DNA of 64,000 bases from positions 15,798 through 79,797 of IMG/VR virus record IMGVR_UViG_3300031867_000034. The stretch is one strand, 5' to 3'. Position numbers and translations under genes: made by a program. A model generated the notes under the pieces. That model was given only the letters and a program-made list of their open reading frames with translations. It made no database searches and was not told the DNA's origin. Below are positions 10,164 through 19,320 of the stretch, in pieces (the first letter of the stretch is position 1; every line of letters starts with the position of its first letter). Origin of the DNA: a virus (taxonomy: Duplodnaviria; Caudoviricetes).

Positions 10164-10619
10164 ATGGCAGAATATGTAACGACAACAGATGCTTTAGTTG
10201 CTCTTAATGGCACTATTCCATTTAGCGGAGTTTCTATCCCATGCAATACCGGAAATGTTGTTCCGCTTGCGGTTGGGATTCTTAATCTCAAAGGTAGCAC
10301 ATCCGGCAGATTCGCAAGATACAATGTAAGGGTGCAAGCAAATGTACAGATTCCGGAGGGTGGCGATGTAACACCAATTGCAATCGGAATTGCAATCAAT
10401 GGTGCGGTTATTCCGGAAAGCGTTGCAATTGTAACACCGGCGGCGGCTGAAGAGTATTGGCACATTAACACAAGTGCGGTTGTAACAATCCCTTGTGGAT
10501 GTTGTGCGACAATATCGGCGGTTTATGTTGATGGTACGGAAGATGATGCGGCAACAACACCAACACCATCCATCCAGGTACGCAGAAATGCATCTATTAC
10601 AATTGAAAGAGTTGCATGA
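10164..10619 (+). CDS. Beta-rich protein, possibly BclA C-terminal/C1q-like jelly roll
   Basis: Alternating hydrophobic beta pattern and a PCGCC motif. Fold is inferred only. Confidence 0.45.
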   Translation: MAEYVTTTDALVALNGTIPFSGVSIPCNTGNVVPLAVGILNLKGSTSGRFARYNVRVQANVQIPEGGDVTPIAIGIAINGAVIPESVAIVTPAAAEEYWHINTSAVVTIPCGCCATISAVYVDGTEDDAATTPTPSIQVRRNASITIERVA

Positions 10620-10636
10620 GGAAAGGAGGGCAAAAC

Positions 10637-11062
10637 ATGGACGCACTTTATGATTTAAAGGACAAATTATGTCAAGAGTTGGAAGAATATGGCGATAAAG
10701 AACTTTCAGCCGGCTCATTGTCAACAATTGATTCCCTTGCGCATACAATCAAGAATCTTGATAAAATCATCGAGAAATACGAAGAAGATGATTATTCCGG
10801 CGCTTATGATGGCTCTTACGATGATGGCAACATGAATAGAAATATGAATGGCACATCACGAAGATATTCTATGCGTAGATATTCCGGAGCAAGAGGCGAT
10901 GGAAGAGGCAGAGGCAGAAATGCAAGGCGTGATTCCATGGGCAGATATTCAAGGGATGGCAAAATGATGGCGCAAGAATTAAGGGAACTTATGGAAGATG
11001 CGCCGGATGAAAGAATCAAAATGGAACTTCAAAAAGTGATTCAGAAGGTAGAGAATATGTAA
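10637..11062 (+). CDS. Helical protein with central R/G/S/Y-rich disordered segment
   Basis: RRYSMRRYSGARGDGRGRGRNARRDSMGRYSRD. AGGAGG RBS. Confidence 0.7.
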   Translation: MDALYDLKDKLCQELEEYGDKELSAGSLSTIDSLAHTIKNLDKIIEKYEEDDYSGAYDGSYDDGNMNRNMNGTSRRYSMRRYSGARGDGRGRGRNARRDSMGRYSRDGKMMAQELRELMEDAPDERIKMELQKVIQKVENM

Positions 11063-11063
11063 T

Positions 11064-11399
11064 ATGATTACGGAAAAGGATTTAAGGGCGGCAATAGCCG
11101 AATGCCAGGGCGCAAGAAACCCAAATGCGAATACATGCATAAAATTGGCGGCATTTTATACCATCTTGAATAATCTTTATCCGGAGCAAAAGGAAGAGCC
11201 GGTTGATGTAGGTTATTCCATTATGCCATCATATGAAGAGTATGTGCCCCAAATACGAGCCGGAAGTGAGTTTATGGATGTTTGCTCACAAAAGCCCATA
11301 ACCGATGTATTAGAGGTGCTAGATGAACATATGGAGGCAATCAAACTTCTTTACCCAAAAGAATATGATTCTATCATTGAGAAAATCAAAGAGATTTAG
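11064..11399 (+). CDS. Hypothetical protein, last gene of the cassette
   Basis: ORF track. Followed by an intrinsic terminator. Confidence 0.7.
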   Translation: MITEKDLRAAIAECQGARNPNANTCIKLAAFYTILNNLYPEQKEEPVDVGYSIMPSYEEYVPQIRAGSEFMDVCSQKPITDVLEVLDEHMEAIKLLYPKEYDSIIEKIKEI

Positions 11400-11428
11400 G
11401 AGGCTAGAAATAGCCTCCTTTTCTTTTT
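11398..11428 (+). terminator. Intrinsic terminator
   Basis: AGGAGGCTA-GAAA-TAGCCTCCT followed by TTTCTTTTT. Confidence 0.8.
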
Positions 11429-11451
11429 ATTTAAAAATACATCAAATAATA

Positions 11452-11492
11452 GTTGACAATCCTATAAAAATAGTTTATATTATAATCAACAA
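11452..11492 (+). promoter_or_regulatory. Sigma-70/SigA early promoter (copy 1)
   Basis: TTGACA-17-TATATT. Near-identical to 17210-17250. Confidence 0.75.
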
Positions 11493-11513
11493 ATGATTTA
11501 GGAGGGCAACAAG

Positions 11514-12289
11514 ATGAAGAGATATAGAGTAGAATTTGAATTTATGTATAGAGATCCGGAAATATCTGATGGCAAGTACCACATAGATTACTTGGATAAC
11601 AATGGTGAGGGATTCACATTACAAGAGGCGGAGGATGTTGCCAAGTTTGTGAGAGCAAGTGAAATTCTTTATATAAAGTGGGCTGAAGTGGTAGAAATGG
11701 AGGGATAACATGTTTTGGATATACGATACTAAGGAAAAGAGAACAGCAACAAGAACCGGATGGAGCATCAGATGCAATGCCGAAAGAGTATGCCAGGCAA
11801 TGAACATTAAGCATGAAGGCATTGAAGAAGTTGATAAGCCGGCAAATGAAAGAAGATTCATAATCAAGGAGGCATGAAATGAAAGTGGCTATTGTAAATC
11901 TTCATGGAATAAAAGATGGCGATAAGGCATATTATAGGAAACTTGGGCTTTGCTATGATTTTGTATCTGATAAAACTATTTCCGGAACGGAATTGACCGA
12001 AGCGGAAGCCATTAATGTTTTGAATCATAAAGACTATTACTTGAAAATGTATGGTGCTGAAAAAATGGTGATTGAATCATAAGGAGGCATGAACATGGTA
12101 AGAATGTATGGCAAATATAAGTGTTGTGAATGTGGTGAAATATTCCGGGAAAGTGAAATAAAGGTGGTGGAAGAGAACCGGGGAGAGTTTTGGGGATTCC
12201 CTTGCACCGAAAGAATGCATTATAGCCCTTGTTGCATGGCAAGTTTTGAAGAGGCTTATGAAGATGAAGAAGAATTGATTGATGAATAA
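11514..12289 (+). other. Cluster of four small early hypothetical genes (11514-11708, 11710-11877, 11879-12082, 12089-12289)
   Basis: Each has an AGGAGG/GGAGGG RBS. The AAGGAGGCATGAA linker occurs twice. The last gene has CxxC motifs. Confidence 0.6.
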
Positions 12290-12351
12290 ATTTAAGGTTG
12301 TACATCATATCAATCAATAGTATAATAGGTGATAGGAAGGAGGCGAAACAC

Positions 12352-12540
12352 ATGGAATTAAAACAGTATTTAGAAGAACATGGAGTGAATCAGCAAGCAC
12401 TTGCAAGGGAATTAAACATTTCCTACCAGGCTTTATATGTTAAGCTGAAGGGCAATGGCAATTTCTCAATCAAGCAAGCCTTGAAGATTAAAGATTTTCT
12501 TAGGCTAACATGGGATGAATTTGTTAAGTTTTTTGGTTGA
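12352..12540 (+). CDS. XRE/Cro-like HTH regulator
   Basis: VNQQALARELNISYQALYVKLKGNGNFS. Promoter TTGTAC-17-TATAAT lies just upstream. Confidence 0.75.
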   Translation: MELKQYLEEHGVNQQALARELNISYQALYVKLKGNGNFSIKQALKIKDFLRLTWDEFVKFFG

Positions 12541-12556
12541 TATGGAAGGGGATTTC

Positions 12557-13174
12557 ATGAACGTATTTGAAACATTGAATAATGCCAATGTAAATGGGCA
12601 TACAGAAGAGAAAAACGGATTAACATATTTATCATGGGCTTGGGCTTGGGCTGAAGTAAAAAAGGCTTTTCCGGAGGCAAATTACACTATTGAGAAATTC
12701 AATGGATTACCATATGTGTATGATGAAAACACCGGTTACATGGTTTATACAACAGTAACCATTGAGGGCATCACGCATGAAATGTGGTTGCCGGTTATGG
12801 ATGGAGCCAACAAGGCTATGAAAGCAAAGCCATATACTTACACTGTAAAAAGGTATGGAAAAGAAGAAGCAAAAACAGTTGCCGCCGCAACAATGTTTGA
12901 TGTAAACAAAGCCATTATGCGGTGCCTTGTAAAGAATCTTGCCATGTTTGGGCTTGGGCTTTATATATATGCCGGAGAAGATTTGCCGGAAGTGGAACAG
13001 AATGCAAATCAAATGGCATATCCTTCCAAGGATGAAATGCTTAAAGAAGTATCAAAGAGTTATCCGGAAGGTTCCAAAAACCTTGCCGCCCTTCTTGGAA
13101 CTTTTGGTGTGGATTCTTTGGATAAAGCAACTGATGAAATGTTAATGGCGGCATATAACAAGGTACATAAATAA
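12557..13174 (+). CDS. Sak3-like (DUF1071) single-strand annealing protein
   Basis: LTYLSWAWAWAEV…HEMWLPVMD…DVNKAIMRCLVKNLAMFGLGLYIYAGEDLP signature. Confidence 0.85.
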   Translation: MNVFETLNNANVNGHTEEKNGLTYLSWAWAWAEVKKAFPEANYTIEKFNGLPYVYDENTGYMVYTTVTIEGITHEMWLPVMDGANKAMKAKPYTYTVKRYGKEEAKTVAAATMFDVNKAIMRCLVKNLAMFGLGLYIYAGEDLPEVEQNANQMAYPSKDEMLKEVSKSYPEGSKNLAALLGTFGVDSLDKATDEMLMAAYNKVHK

Positions 13175-13704
13175 TGGAAAAGATAACCGGAACCGCGCTT
13201 GATATAGTCACATTCTTAATGGGTGATAATGCTGATAAGAAGGCATTGTATGATTTATCCTTACATGAAGAAAAAAAGAAACGCTCTTTGGATTCTAACG
13301 CATATTTTCATGTGCTTGTTGCTAAATTAGCACAAGCACAGAATCCGCCCATAAGCAAAGCCAGGTGCAAAAATATGATGATTGCCGATTATGGGCAAGA
13401 AGAATATATTGATGGGCAAATAGTAGTGCTTAAAAGCAATCTTCCGCCGGAAAAAATGTGCAATGTGGAATATTTGCATACATCATGTGTGAAGATTACG
13501 GAAGAAAATGGCAAGGAAGTGTACTTTTACAAGGTGTATCGAGGCACCCACACTTATGATACAAAGGAAATGGCAAAGCTGATTGATGGAACCATCCAGG
13601 AATGTAAAAATGTGGGAATTGAAACAGCCACACCCAAACAGATTGAAGAAATGCAGAGGCTTTGGGAGCAACATTATTTGAATAAAAAGGAGAATAACAA
13701 ATGA
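13174..13704 (+). CDS. NinB/Orf-like recombination mediator
   Basis: KKRSLDSNAYFHVLV…THTYDTKEMAKLIDGTIQEC..GIET motif. Confidence 0.7.
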   Translation: MEKITGTALDIVTFLMGDNADKKALYDLSLHEEKKKRSLDSNAYFHVLVAKLAQAQNPPISKARCKNMMIADYGQEEYIDGQIVVLKSNLPPEKMCNVEYLHTSCVKITEENGKEVYFYKVYRGTHTYDTKEMAKLIDGTIQECKNVGIETATPKQIEEMQRLWEQHYLNKKENNK

Positions 13705-14168
13705 ATTTGTACGAGATTGAAGATGCTATTTTGGATTGTGTTGATACAGAAACCGGAGATATTCTTGATGTTGAAAGATTGGATGCCCTGGAAATGGAGC
13801 GCAATGCCAAGATTTCCAATATTGCATGTTGGATTAAGGATTTAAGAAGTGATGCCGCCGCTATCAAGACGGAAAAAGATGCTTTGGATAAGCGTATGAA
13901 GGCTAAAGATAATTTGGCGGATAGATTATCAAGTTATCTTGAAAACTTCCTAAATGGGGCAAAATTTGAAGATTCTAGGTGTGCTATATCATACCGCAAG
14001 AGTGAATCAACAGAGATTGCGGAAGATTTGGATTTAAATACATTGCCGGATGATTGCAAGAAAATCACAGTAACCGCCAACAAAACAGCAATTAAAACCG
14101 CTTTAAAGAGTGGTGTGGTAATTGATGGATGCGCCCTTGTTGTAAAGAACAATATTCAAATCAAATGA
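13701..14168 (+). CDS. Siphovirus Gp157 family protein
   Basis: MNLYEI…KISNIACWIKDL…SYRKSES…ANKTAIKTALKSG..IDGC.LV. Confidence 0.8.
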   Translation: MNLYEIEDAILDCVDTETGDILDVERLDALEMERNAKISNIACWIKDLRSDAAAIKTEKDALDKRMKAKDNLADRLSSYLENFLNGAKFEDSRCAISYRKSESTEIAEDLDLNTLPDDCKKITVTANKTAIKTALKSGVVIDGCALVVKNNIQIK

Positions 14169-14452
14169 AAAGCATAATAACCGATGATGATAGGTGCTTT
14201 ATACACCGAATTTATTTATGTATAGATATTCCAGGAACAGAAGAACATCATTGCATACATGGCTTTGCTAATAGAAAATTGGCAGATGAAGATGGTTTAA
14301 CAGTTAAATTGTGCCATACATGCCACCGGTTATTGCATGATAAAGGGTATCACGATAAGGATTTACAAAGATGGGCGCAAGAATCTTGGATGGAACATTA
14401 TGGGAAAACCATAGATGATTTCATAAAAAGATATGGCAAATCATATCTATAA
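14165..14452 (+). CDS. Small HNH-like/His-Cys nuclease-type protein
   Basis: EEHHCIHG…TVKLCHTCH…H…FIKRYGKSYL. Confidence 0.6.
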   Translation: MKSIITDDDRCFIHRIYLCIDIPGTEEHHCIHGFANRKLADEDGLTVKLCHTCHRLLHDKGYHDKDLQRWAQESWMEHYGKTIDDFIKRYGKSYL

Positions 14453-14631
14453 CGTAACTACTCTTTGAGGTAAGGAATTTATCACAGAATCAGACCAAAT
14501 GAGAGCCAATAAAATCCGGGTGATGCAAGTTGCCGGCAAGTTAGAAAACCGACTTATTTTGGGCACAGTTGCAAAAATCACCAAAATATAATTTACCTTG
14601 GCAACTTAATTCATCCGGTGGAAGGAGGGAT

Positions 14632-15030
14632 ATGCATATTACAATTCCACTTGCGCCGATTAGCAAAAAGAATCACTCTCGCATTATTTGGAATAAGGCA
14701 ACAAAAAAGCCAATGATTATTCCATCAAAGCAATATAAGGATTATGAAAAGGCATGTGCGGAATATATACCAAATGTGCCTTTTAATACATATGATTGCC
14801 CGGTTAATGTATGTTGTATATTTTATATGCCAACACGGCGCAAAGTTGATATTTCCAACTTATTAAATGCTATTCTTGATTTATTAGTACATTATGGTGT
14901 AATATTGGATGATAACAGAAATATAGTTTATTCGGTTGATGGTTCAAGGGTTTTGTATGACAAAAACTTTCCGAGAACCGAAATTGAAATAACAGAAATC
15001 GAGGATGCGGAAATATGGGTAAAAAAATAG
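14632..15030 (+). CDS. rusA: RusA-like Holliday junction resolvase
   Basis: RKVDISNLLNAILDLL…GVILDDN..IV…PRTEIEI. Confidence 0.8.
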   Translation: MHITIPLAPISKKNHSRIIWNKATKKPMIIPSKQYKDYEKACAEYIPNVPFNTYDCPVNVCCIFYMPTRRKVDISNLLNAILDLLVHYGVILDDNRNIVYSVDGSRVLYDKNFPRTEIEITEIEDAEIWVKK

Positions 15031-15680
15031 ACCTAACAGGGCAAAGATTTGGTAGGCTTGTTGTTATTGAAGAATCAGAACTTCGTAATAGTAGCGGTAA
15101 TGTAAAGTGGAAATGTAAATGTGATTGTGGGAATATTACTTTTTCAAATGGGTATGATTTAAGAAAAGGTGTTGCGCAATCATGCGGATGTTATAATAGA
15201 GATTTGGTAAAAAAAGATAATCCAAAATATAAAAGACCATTATATTATATTTATCATTCAATGAAATGTAGGTGTTACAATCCAAATGATAGAGCATTCC
15301 ATAATTATGGAGCAAGGGGAATAAAAATTAGTGATAAGTGGAATACATATGAAAAGTTTGAAGAATGGGCATTAGACAAAGGATATAAAAAAGGCTTATG
15401 GCTAGATAGAATTAATAACGATTTGGATTATTCGCCGGATAATTGTAGATGGGCAACACCTAAAGAACAGCAAAACAACAAGCGAACTAATCATTATATA
15501 ACAATTAACAACGATACAAAAACGATACAAGAATGGGCTGAAATATCCGGAATAAAACCCATGACAATAACAAGAAGAATTGAATTGGGATGGAAAAATG
15601 AAGATTTATTAAAACCGGTAAATGCCAGGTATAGCCATCCTTTAGAAATAAAAAGAGCAATGAAGAGTTGTAAATTATAA
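15015..15680 (+). CDS. Free-standing HNH homing endonuclease
   Basis: DLTGQRFGRLVV, WKCKCDCG, YGARGI, LDRINND..YSPDNCRWAT..EQ.NN. Confidence 0.8.
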   Translation: MGKKIDLTGQRFGRLVVIEESELRNSSGNVKWKCKCDCGNITFSNGYDLRKGVAQSCGCYNRDLVKKDNPKYKRPLYYIYHSMKCRCYNPNDRAFHNYGARGIKISDKWNTYEKFEEWALDKGYKKGLWLDRINNDLDYSPDNCRWATPKEQQNNKRTNHYITINNDTKTIQEWAEISGIKPMTITRRIELGWKNEDLLKPVNARYSHPLEIKRAMKSCKL

Positions 15681-15855
15681 ACTAATCATTTATAATGTGA
15701 TATGTGATTGGGTAAATCATGTGCATATGCCTTGTTTGGTACTCGCACTACCGGCAAGGAGTAGAGAACTAAACAAGGCGATTAAAAGCCACTAGGATGC
15801 AATGTGCGAGATTGCATCTTGGTGGTTTTTTATTACCAGTTGGAGAAATGGGGAA

Positions 15856-16641
15856 ATGGCAATTTATAGAAATGTGCAAATGGCTTTTTGGAATGATACA
15901 AAAATTGCTGATGATTTCACAGCAAAAGAAAAATATTTGTATTTGTATTTGCTAACCAATCCACATTCAAATCTATGTGGATGCTATGAAATAAGCATTA
16001 GCCAAATGGCATTGGAAACAGCAATAGAGAAAAAAGAGATTCCGGAACTTATTTCCAGGTTACAAGATGCGCACAAAGTAATTCTTTTTTCTAAAGATAC
16101 AAAAGAGGTTCTTTTATTAAATCATCATAAGTACAATTGGACTTCTTCAGAGAAATTTAGAAAACCATTAGAAAAAGAAATCAATAGTGTAAAAAATGAA
16201 GGTTTTAAGGCTTATCTATTGGATTTATTTAATGGTATTGATACTGTATCTATACCGTATCAATATGGTAGCGATACAACTGTTTCTGTTTCTGATACTG
16301 TTACTGATACTGTTTCTGATACTGAAAAAGAGAAAAAGCCAAAAAAGCAAACTGAACCTAAAGAATCTTATGGCGCACTTGGAAATGTAAAATTGACGAT
16401 TAAGCAATATGAAAAATTGATTGCTGATTATGGTTATGAACTTACTGAAAAAGCCATTGTTTTTTTGGATGGTTATATAGCGGATAAAAAATACAAATCA
16501 TCGGATAACAACCAAGCATTGCGCCGGTGGGTGTTTGATGCTGTTAAGGAGCAAGAACAGAAAAGAGCCAGGATTGCCGGAAATAATAAGCAATCAAATT
16601 ATGATGATGCCATGCAAAGATTTTTGGCAAAAGGAGATTAA
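15856..16641 (+). CDS. Replication initiator (replisome organizer)
   Basis: N-terminal FWND…KYLYLYLLTNPH.NLCG.YEI motif. Internal DTVS repeats. Followed by a helicase-loader-type gene. Confidence 0.75.
   Translation: MAIYRNVQMAFWNDTKIADDFTAKEKYLYLYLLTNPHSNLCGCYEISISQMALETAIEKKEIPELISRLQDAHKVILFSKDTKEVLLLNHHKYNWTSSEKFRKPLEKEINSVKNEGFKAYLLDLFNGIDTVSIPYQYGSDTTVSVSDTVTDTVSDTEKEKKPKKQTEPKESYGALGNVKLTIKQYEKLIADYGYELTEKAIVFLDGYIADKKYKSSDNNQALRRWVFDAVKEQEQKRARIAGNNKQSNYDDAMQRFLAKGD
16239..16324. repeat. Iteron-like TGATACTG(T) repeats inside the initiator gene; probable origin of segment A
   Basis: Four copies, three of them at 12-bp spacing (~16292-16324). Analogous to lambda ori inside O. Confidence 0.5.
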
Positions 16642-16643
16642 GG

Positions 16644-17207
16644 ATGCAAAGAGAAGAGATTGCAAGTGTGCTTAATGTAATCCGTGATACATATGATGTG
16701 AACTTTACGGAACTAACCATGGAAGTTTGGTTTAATGCTCTAAAAGAATTTGATTTTGAGGATGTAAAAAAGGCAACCTTCCAATATATCCGCACCGGAA
16801 AGTTTAAGCCAAAACCGGCAGATATTATAGAGTTGATTGTTGAGAATAAAGCCCCACAGATGCCGGAAGAAATGAGCGCACAAGAGGCATGGTCTTTAGT
16901 ATATAAGGCAATATGCAATAGTGCATATAATTCCATCCAAGAGTATGAGAAGTTGCCGGAAATGGCAAAAAAAGCCATTGGAAGTGCTGATAATCTAAGG
17001 AGCCATGCAATTGATGCGGATTTCAATATGGGTGTGGCACAAAGCCAATTTATAAAGGCGTACAACACTTTATTGGAGCGCAAGAAAAATGATTATGCCA
17101 TGAGGCTTGAAGCTGTTAAGCGTGGTGATTTGTCTATTGAGCAATTAACCCAGGGTGTTATTGAGAAAATGGAAAATAAATTATTGTTAGAAGAAAATAT
17201 AAAATAA
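16644..17207 (+). CDS. Loader/inhibitor of G40P-like helicase loader
   Basis: M.REEI..VL..IR..Y…W…L.EF.FE.VKKA…GKFKPKPADI…AQEAW..V.KAI. Confidence 0.7.
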   Translation: MQREEIASVLNVIRDTYDVNFTELTMEVWFNALKEFDFEDVKKATFQYIRTGKFKPKPADIIELIVENKAPQMPEEMSAQEAWSLVYKAICNSAYNSIQEYEKLPEMAKKAIGSADNLRSHAIDADFNMGVAQSQFIKAYNTLLERKKNDYAMRLEAVKRGDLSIEQLTQGVIEKMENKLLLEENIK

Positions 17208-17209
17208 GT

Positions 17210-17250
17210 GTTGACAATCCTATAAATAAAGTTTATTATAATATCAACAA
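17210..17250 (+). promoter_or_regulatory. Sigma-70/SigA promoter (copy 2)
   Basis: GTTGACAATCCTATAAA…AGTTTA…TTATAAT…CAACAA, a paralog of 11452-11492. Confidence 0.75.
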
Positions 17251-17272
17251 GTAATTTATAGGAGGTATAAAC

Positions 17273-17986
17273 ATGGAACTTTTAGAATTATGGGATTTAT
17301 CAAGAGTACCGCTTTTTGATATGGATGCACCTGGATTTTATGAATTGGCAAGGCTTGAAGCATTTGATAAGGATATATGCAAGATTCCGGGATATATGCC
17401 AATTGAAACAGTTTTAAAGTATAAGGATGCAGAGGTTGAAGAAATTTCATGGCATAATTGCGGCATAGCGGTTAGATTTTACAAGGGTGATGAAGATGAA
17501 GCATAACATGATTAAAAGGGGCATTACAATCAAAAATAAAAAGGGATTATACATTGTTGCTGATGTCGATACAATAGATGGCTTTGCCATCATCCGAGAG
17601 ATTATGAGAAATAAAAAGGGTGAGATATTTTATGGCAAGAATATCTTCATAGGCTTAAAGCAATTGGATGATTATGTGGTTGTATAAGGAGGGCGAAAAT
17701 GTTTGATAAGCAAGAAAAATTAGTGGAGTTTTTTGAAAAGCATGGCATTGAATGCAAATGGATAAACCATGATAAGTACGGATTCAGCCGGCGTTTAATA
17801 TTCACGGCAAAAGATGCGGTATGTGAAATTGAGTGGTTTACCAATTATTCAACAATAATCCTGGATGGTGTGGCACATTATTGGTTCGATAAGATTGATG
17901 ATTCAAACACATATCCATGTGAAGGTGATTGGCTTGAATTTAAATTTGGCAATGAAGAGCATGGGTTACATGTAAGGGTTAAATAA
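17273..17986 (+). other. Three small hypothetical genes (17273-17506, ~17496-17687, 17699-17986)
   Basis: ORF track, with RBSs present. Confidence 0.55.
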
Positions 17987-18004
17987 AATCCGGAGGGCGG
18001 AGAA

Positions 18005-18571
18005 GTGAAAAGAGTTTTGGCATGGGGAATAATTTTTGCATATTTGGCTTTTTTAGGCGTTTTAATTTATCCGGCGGTAAATTCTTCAACAGAAATAAAA
18101 GAAGTGAATTTTGAGCCGATAGAAAAGCAAATCGAGCCATCCAAAGAGATAAACGCACAAGAGATTATGGATGAACTTGTTACGGAATCCCAGGAAGAGC
18201 GGATAAAGGGATTTGAGATTACATACGATGAAGCCCAAATGTTAATGAAGATTGCAATGGCTGAAGCGGAAAGTGATGGCATCCAAGGCAAAGCAATGGT
18301 AATGGCGGTTGTTCTTAATAGGGTGGAAGATGATAGATTCCCGGATAGCATTGAAGAAGTAATATTCCAGGAACATCAATTTTCACCAATATCCGATGGA
18401 AGATATGCAGAGGCACAACCGGATGTGGAGTGCCACTTGGCTTTGGCTGAAATTGAGCGAGGCGAATATGATACAGTTGATGCCTTATATTTTGAGAATG
18501 CGGAAGAAAGTTGGCAATCAAAGAATTGCGAATATCTTGGAACTGTTGGGCATCACCGGTTCTATAAGTGA
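18005..18571 (+). CDS. Membrane-anchored SleB/CwlJ-like cell wall hydrolase (Hydrolase_2)
   Basis: N-terminal TM. LMKIAMAEAE…VMAVVLNRV.D.RFPDSI.EVIFQ..QFS. Confidence 0.8.
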   Translation: MKRVLAWGIIFAYLAFLGVLIYPAVNSSTEIKEVNFEPIEKQIEPSKEINAQEIMDELVTESQEERIKGFEITYDEAQMLMKIAMAEAESDGIQGKAMVMAVVLNRVEDDRFPDSIEEVIFQEHQFSPISDGRYAEAQPDVECHLALAEIERGEYDTVDALYFENAEESWQSKNCEYLGTVGHHRFYK

Positions 18572-19320
18572 GGCAGAATATGAAATGCAATAAAGATTGT
18601 TTTAATTGCACATATAAAGATTGTGAATGGGATGAAAGCAAACTAAAAGACCGGAGCCAATACCACCATGACCGGTATATGAAAAAGAAACTTGGAACAT
18701 GGAATAACACATGCCGGTTTTGTGGAAAAGTTGTTAAAGGTGAAATGATTAGGATTCACAGCAAGAATTATTGCTCAATGGATTGTGTTTTATGCCATTT
18801 GTATGAAATAAATGAGCGGTATATGAGAATTGTTAATGTATGAACTACCATCACCGAAAACATCGGAAATGATTTCTACAATACCTTGCGGTATAGTAAG
18901 GCACATTCACAGTGCCGCTACTCCGTTGGGCAAAACCCTTCGGCATACTTGAAAATGTTATTTGATGCGCTTGCGGCGCTTGGGAACTAACACCTTGTAT
19001 ATTTTACGTGCTATAGGTTCTTGGTTTTTTAGATTCATGGCACAACTCCATATATACAGTTTTCAAGGTTCCAATTATGTTATTCTAACACGAACAATTG
19101 TTTGCGTAAAGCTGAATTTTATAATGCTAAAATGCCGCCGGCGGCTTTTGGTCCATCCGGATAGATACTAAAAAATAAGAAAGGAGAATCTCCCTTCAAT
19201 TTGATAGTGTAAAACCACTATCCGGATGGAAAATATAAAAGGTTGGAGTGAAAATAATTTATTTAATATTATTGGGGATTTTGATTTGGCTTTATAGCCG
19301 GGATTATTAGGAGGATTCTA

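Noticed and set aside
7079-11399. Firm annotation as sporulation/spore-coat genes
   Set aside because: The resemblance is compositional only (Cys, Gly, Gln-rich). I could not identify a specific spore protein family or sporulation sigma promoter, so it is kept as a hypothesis.
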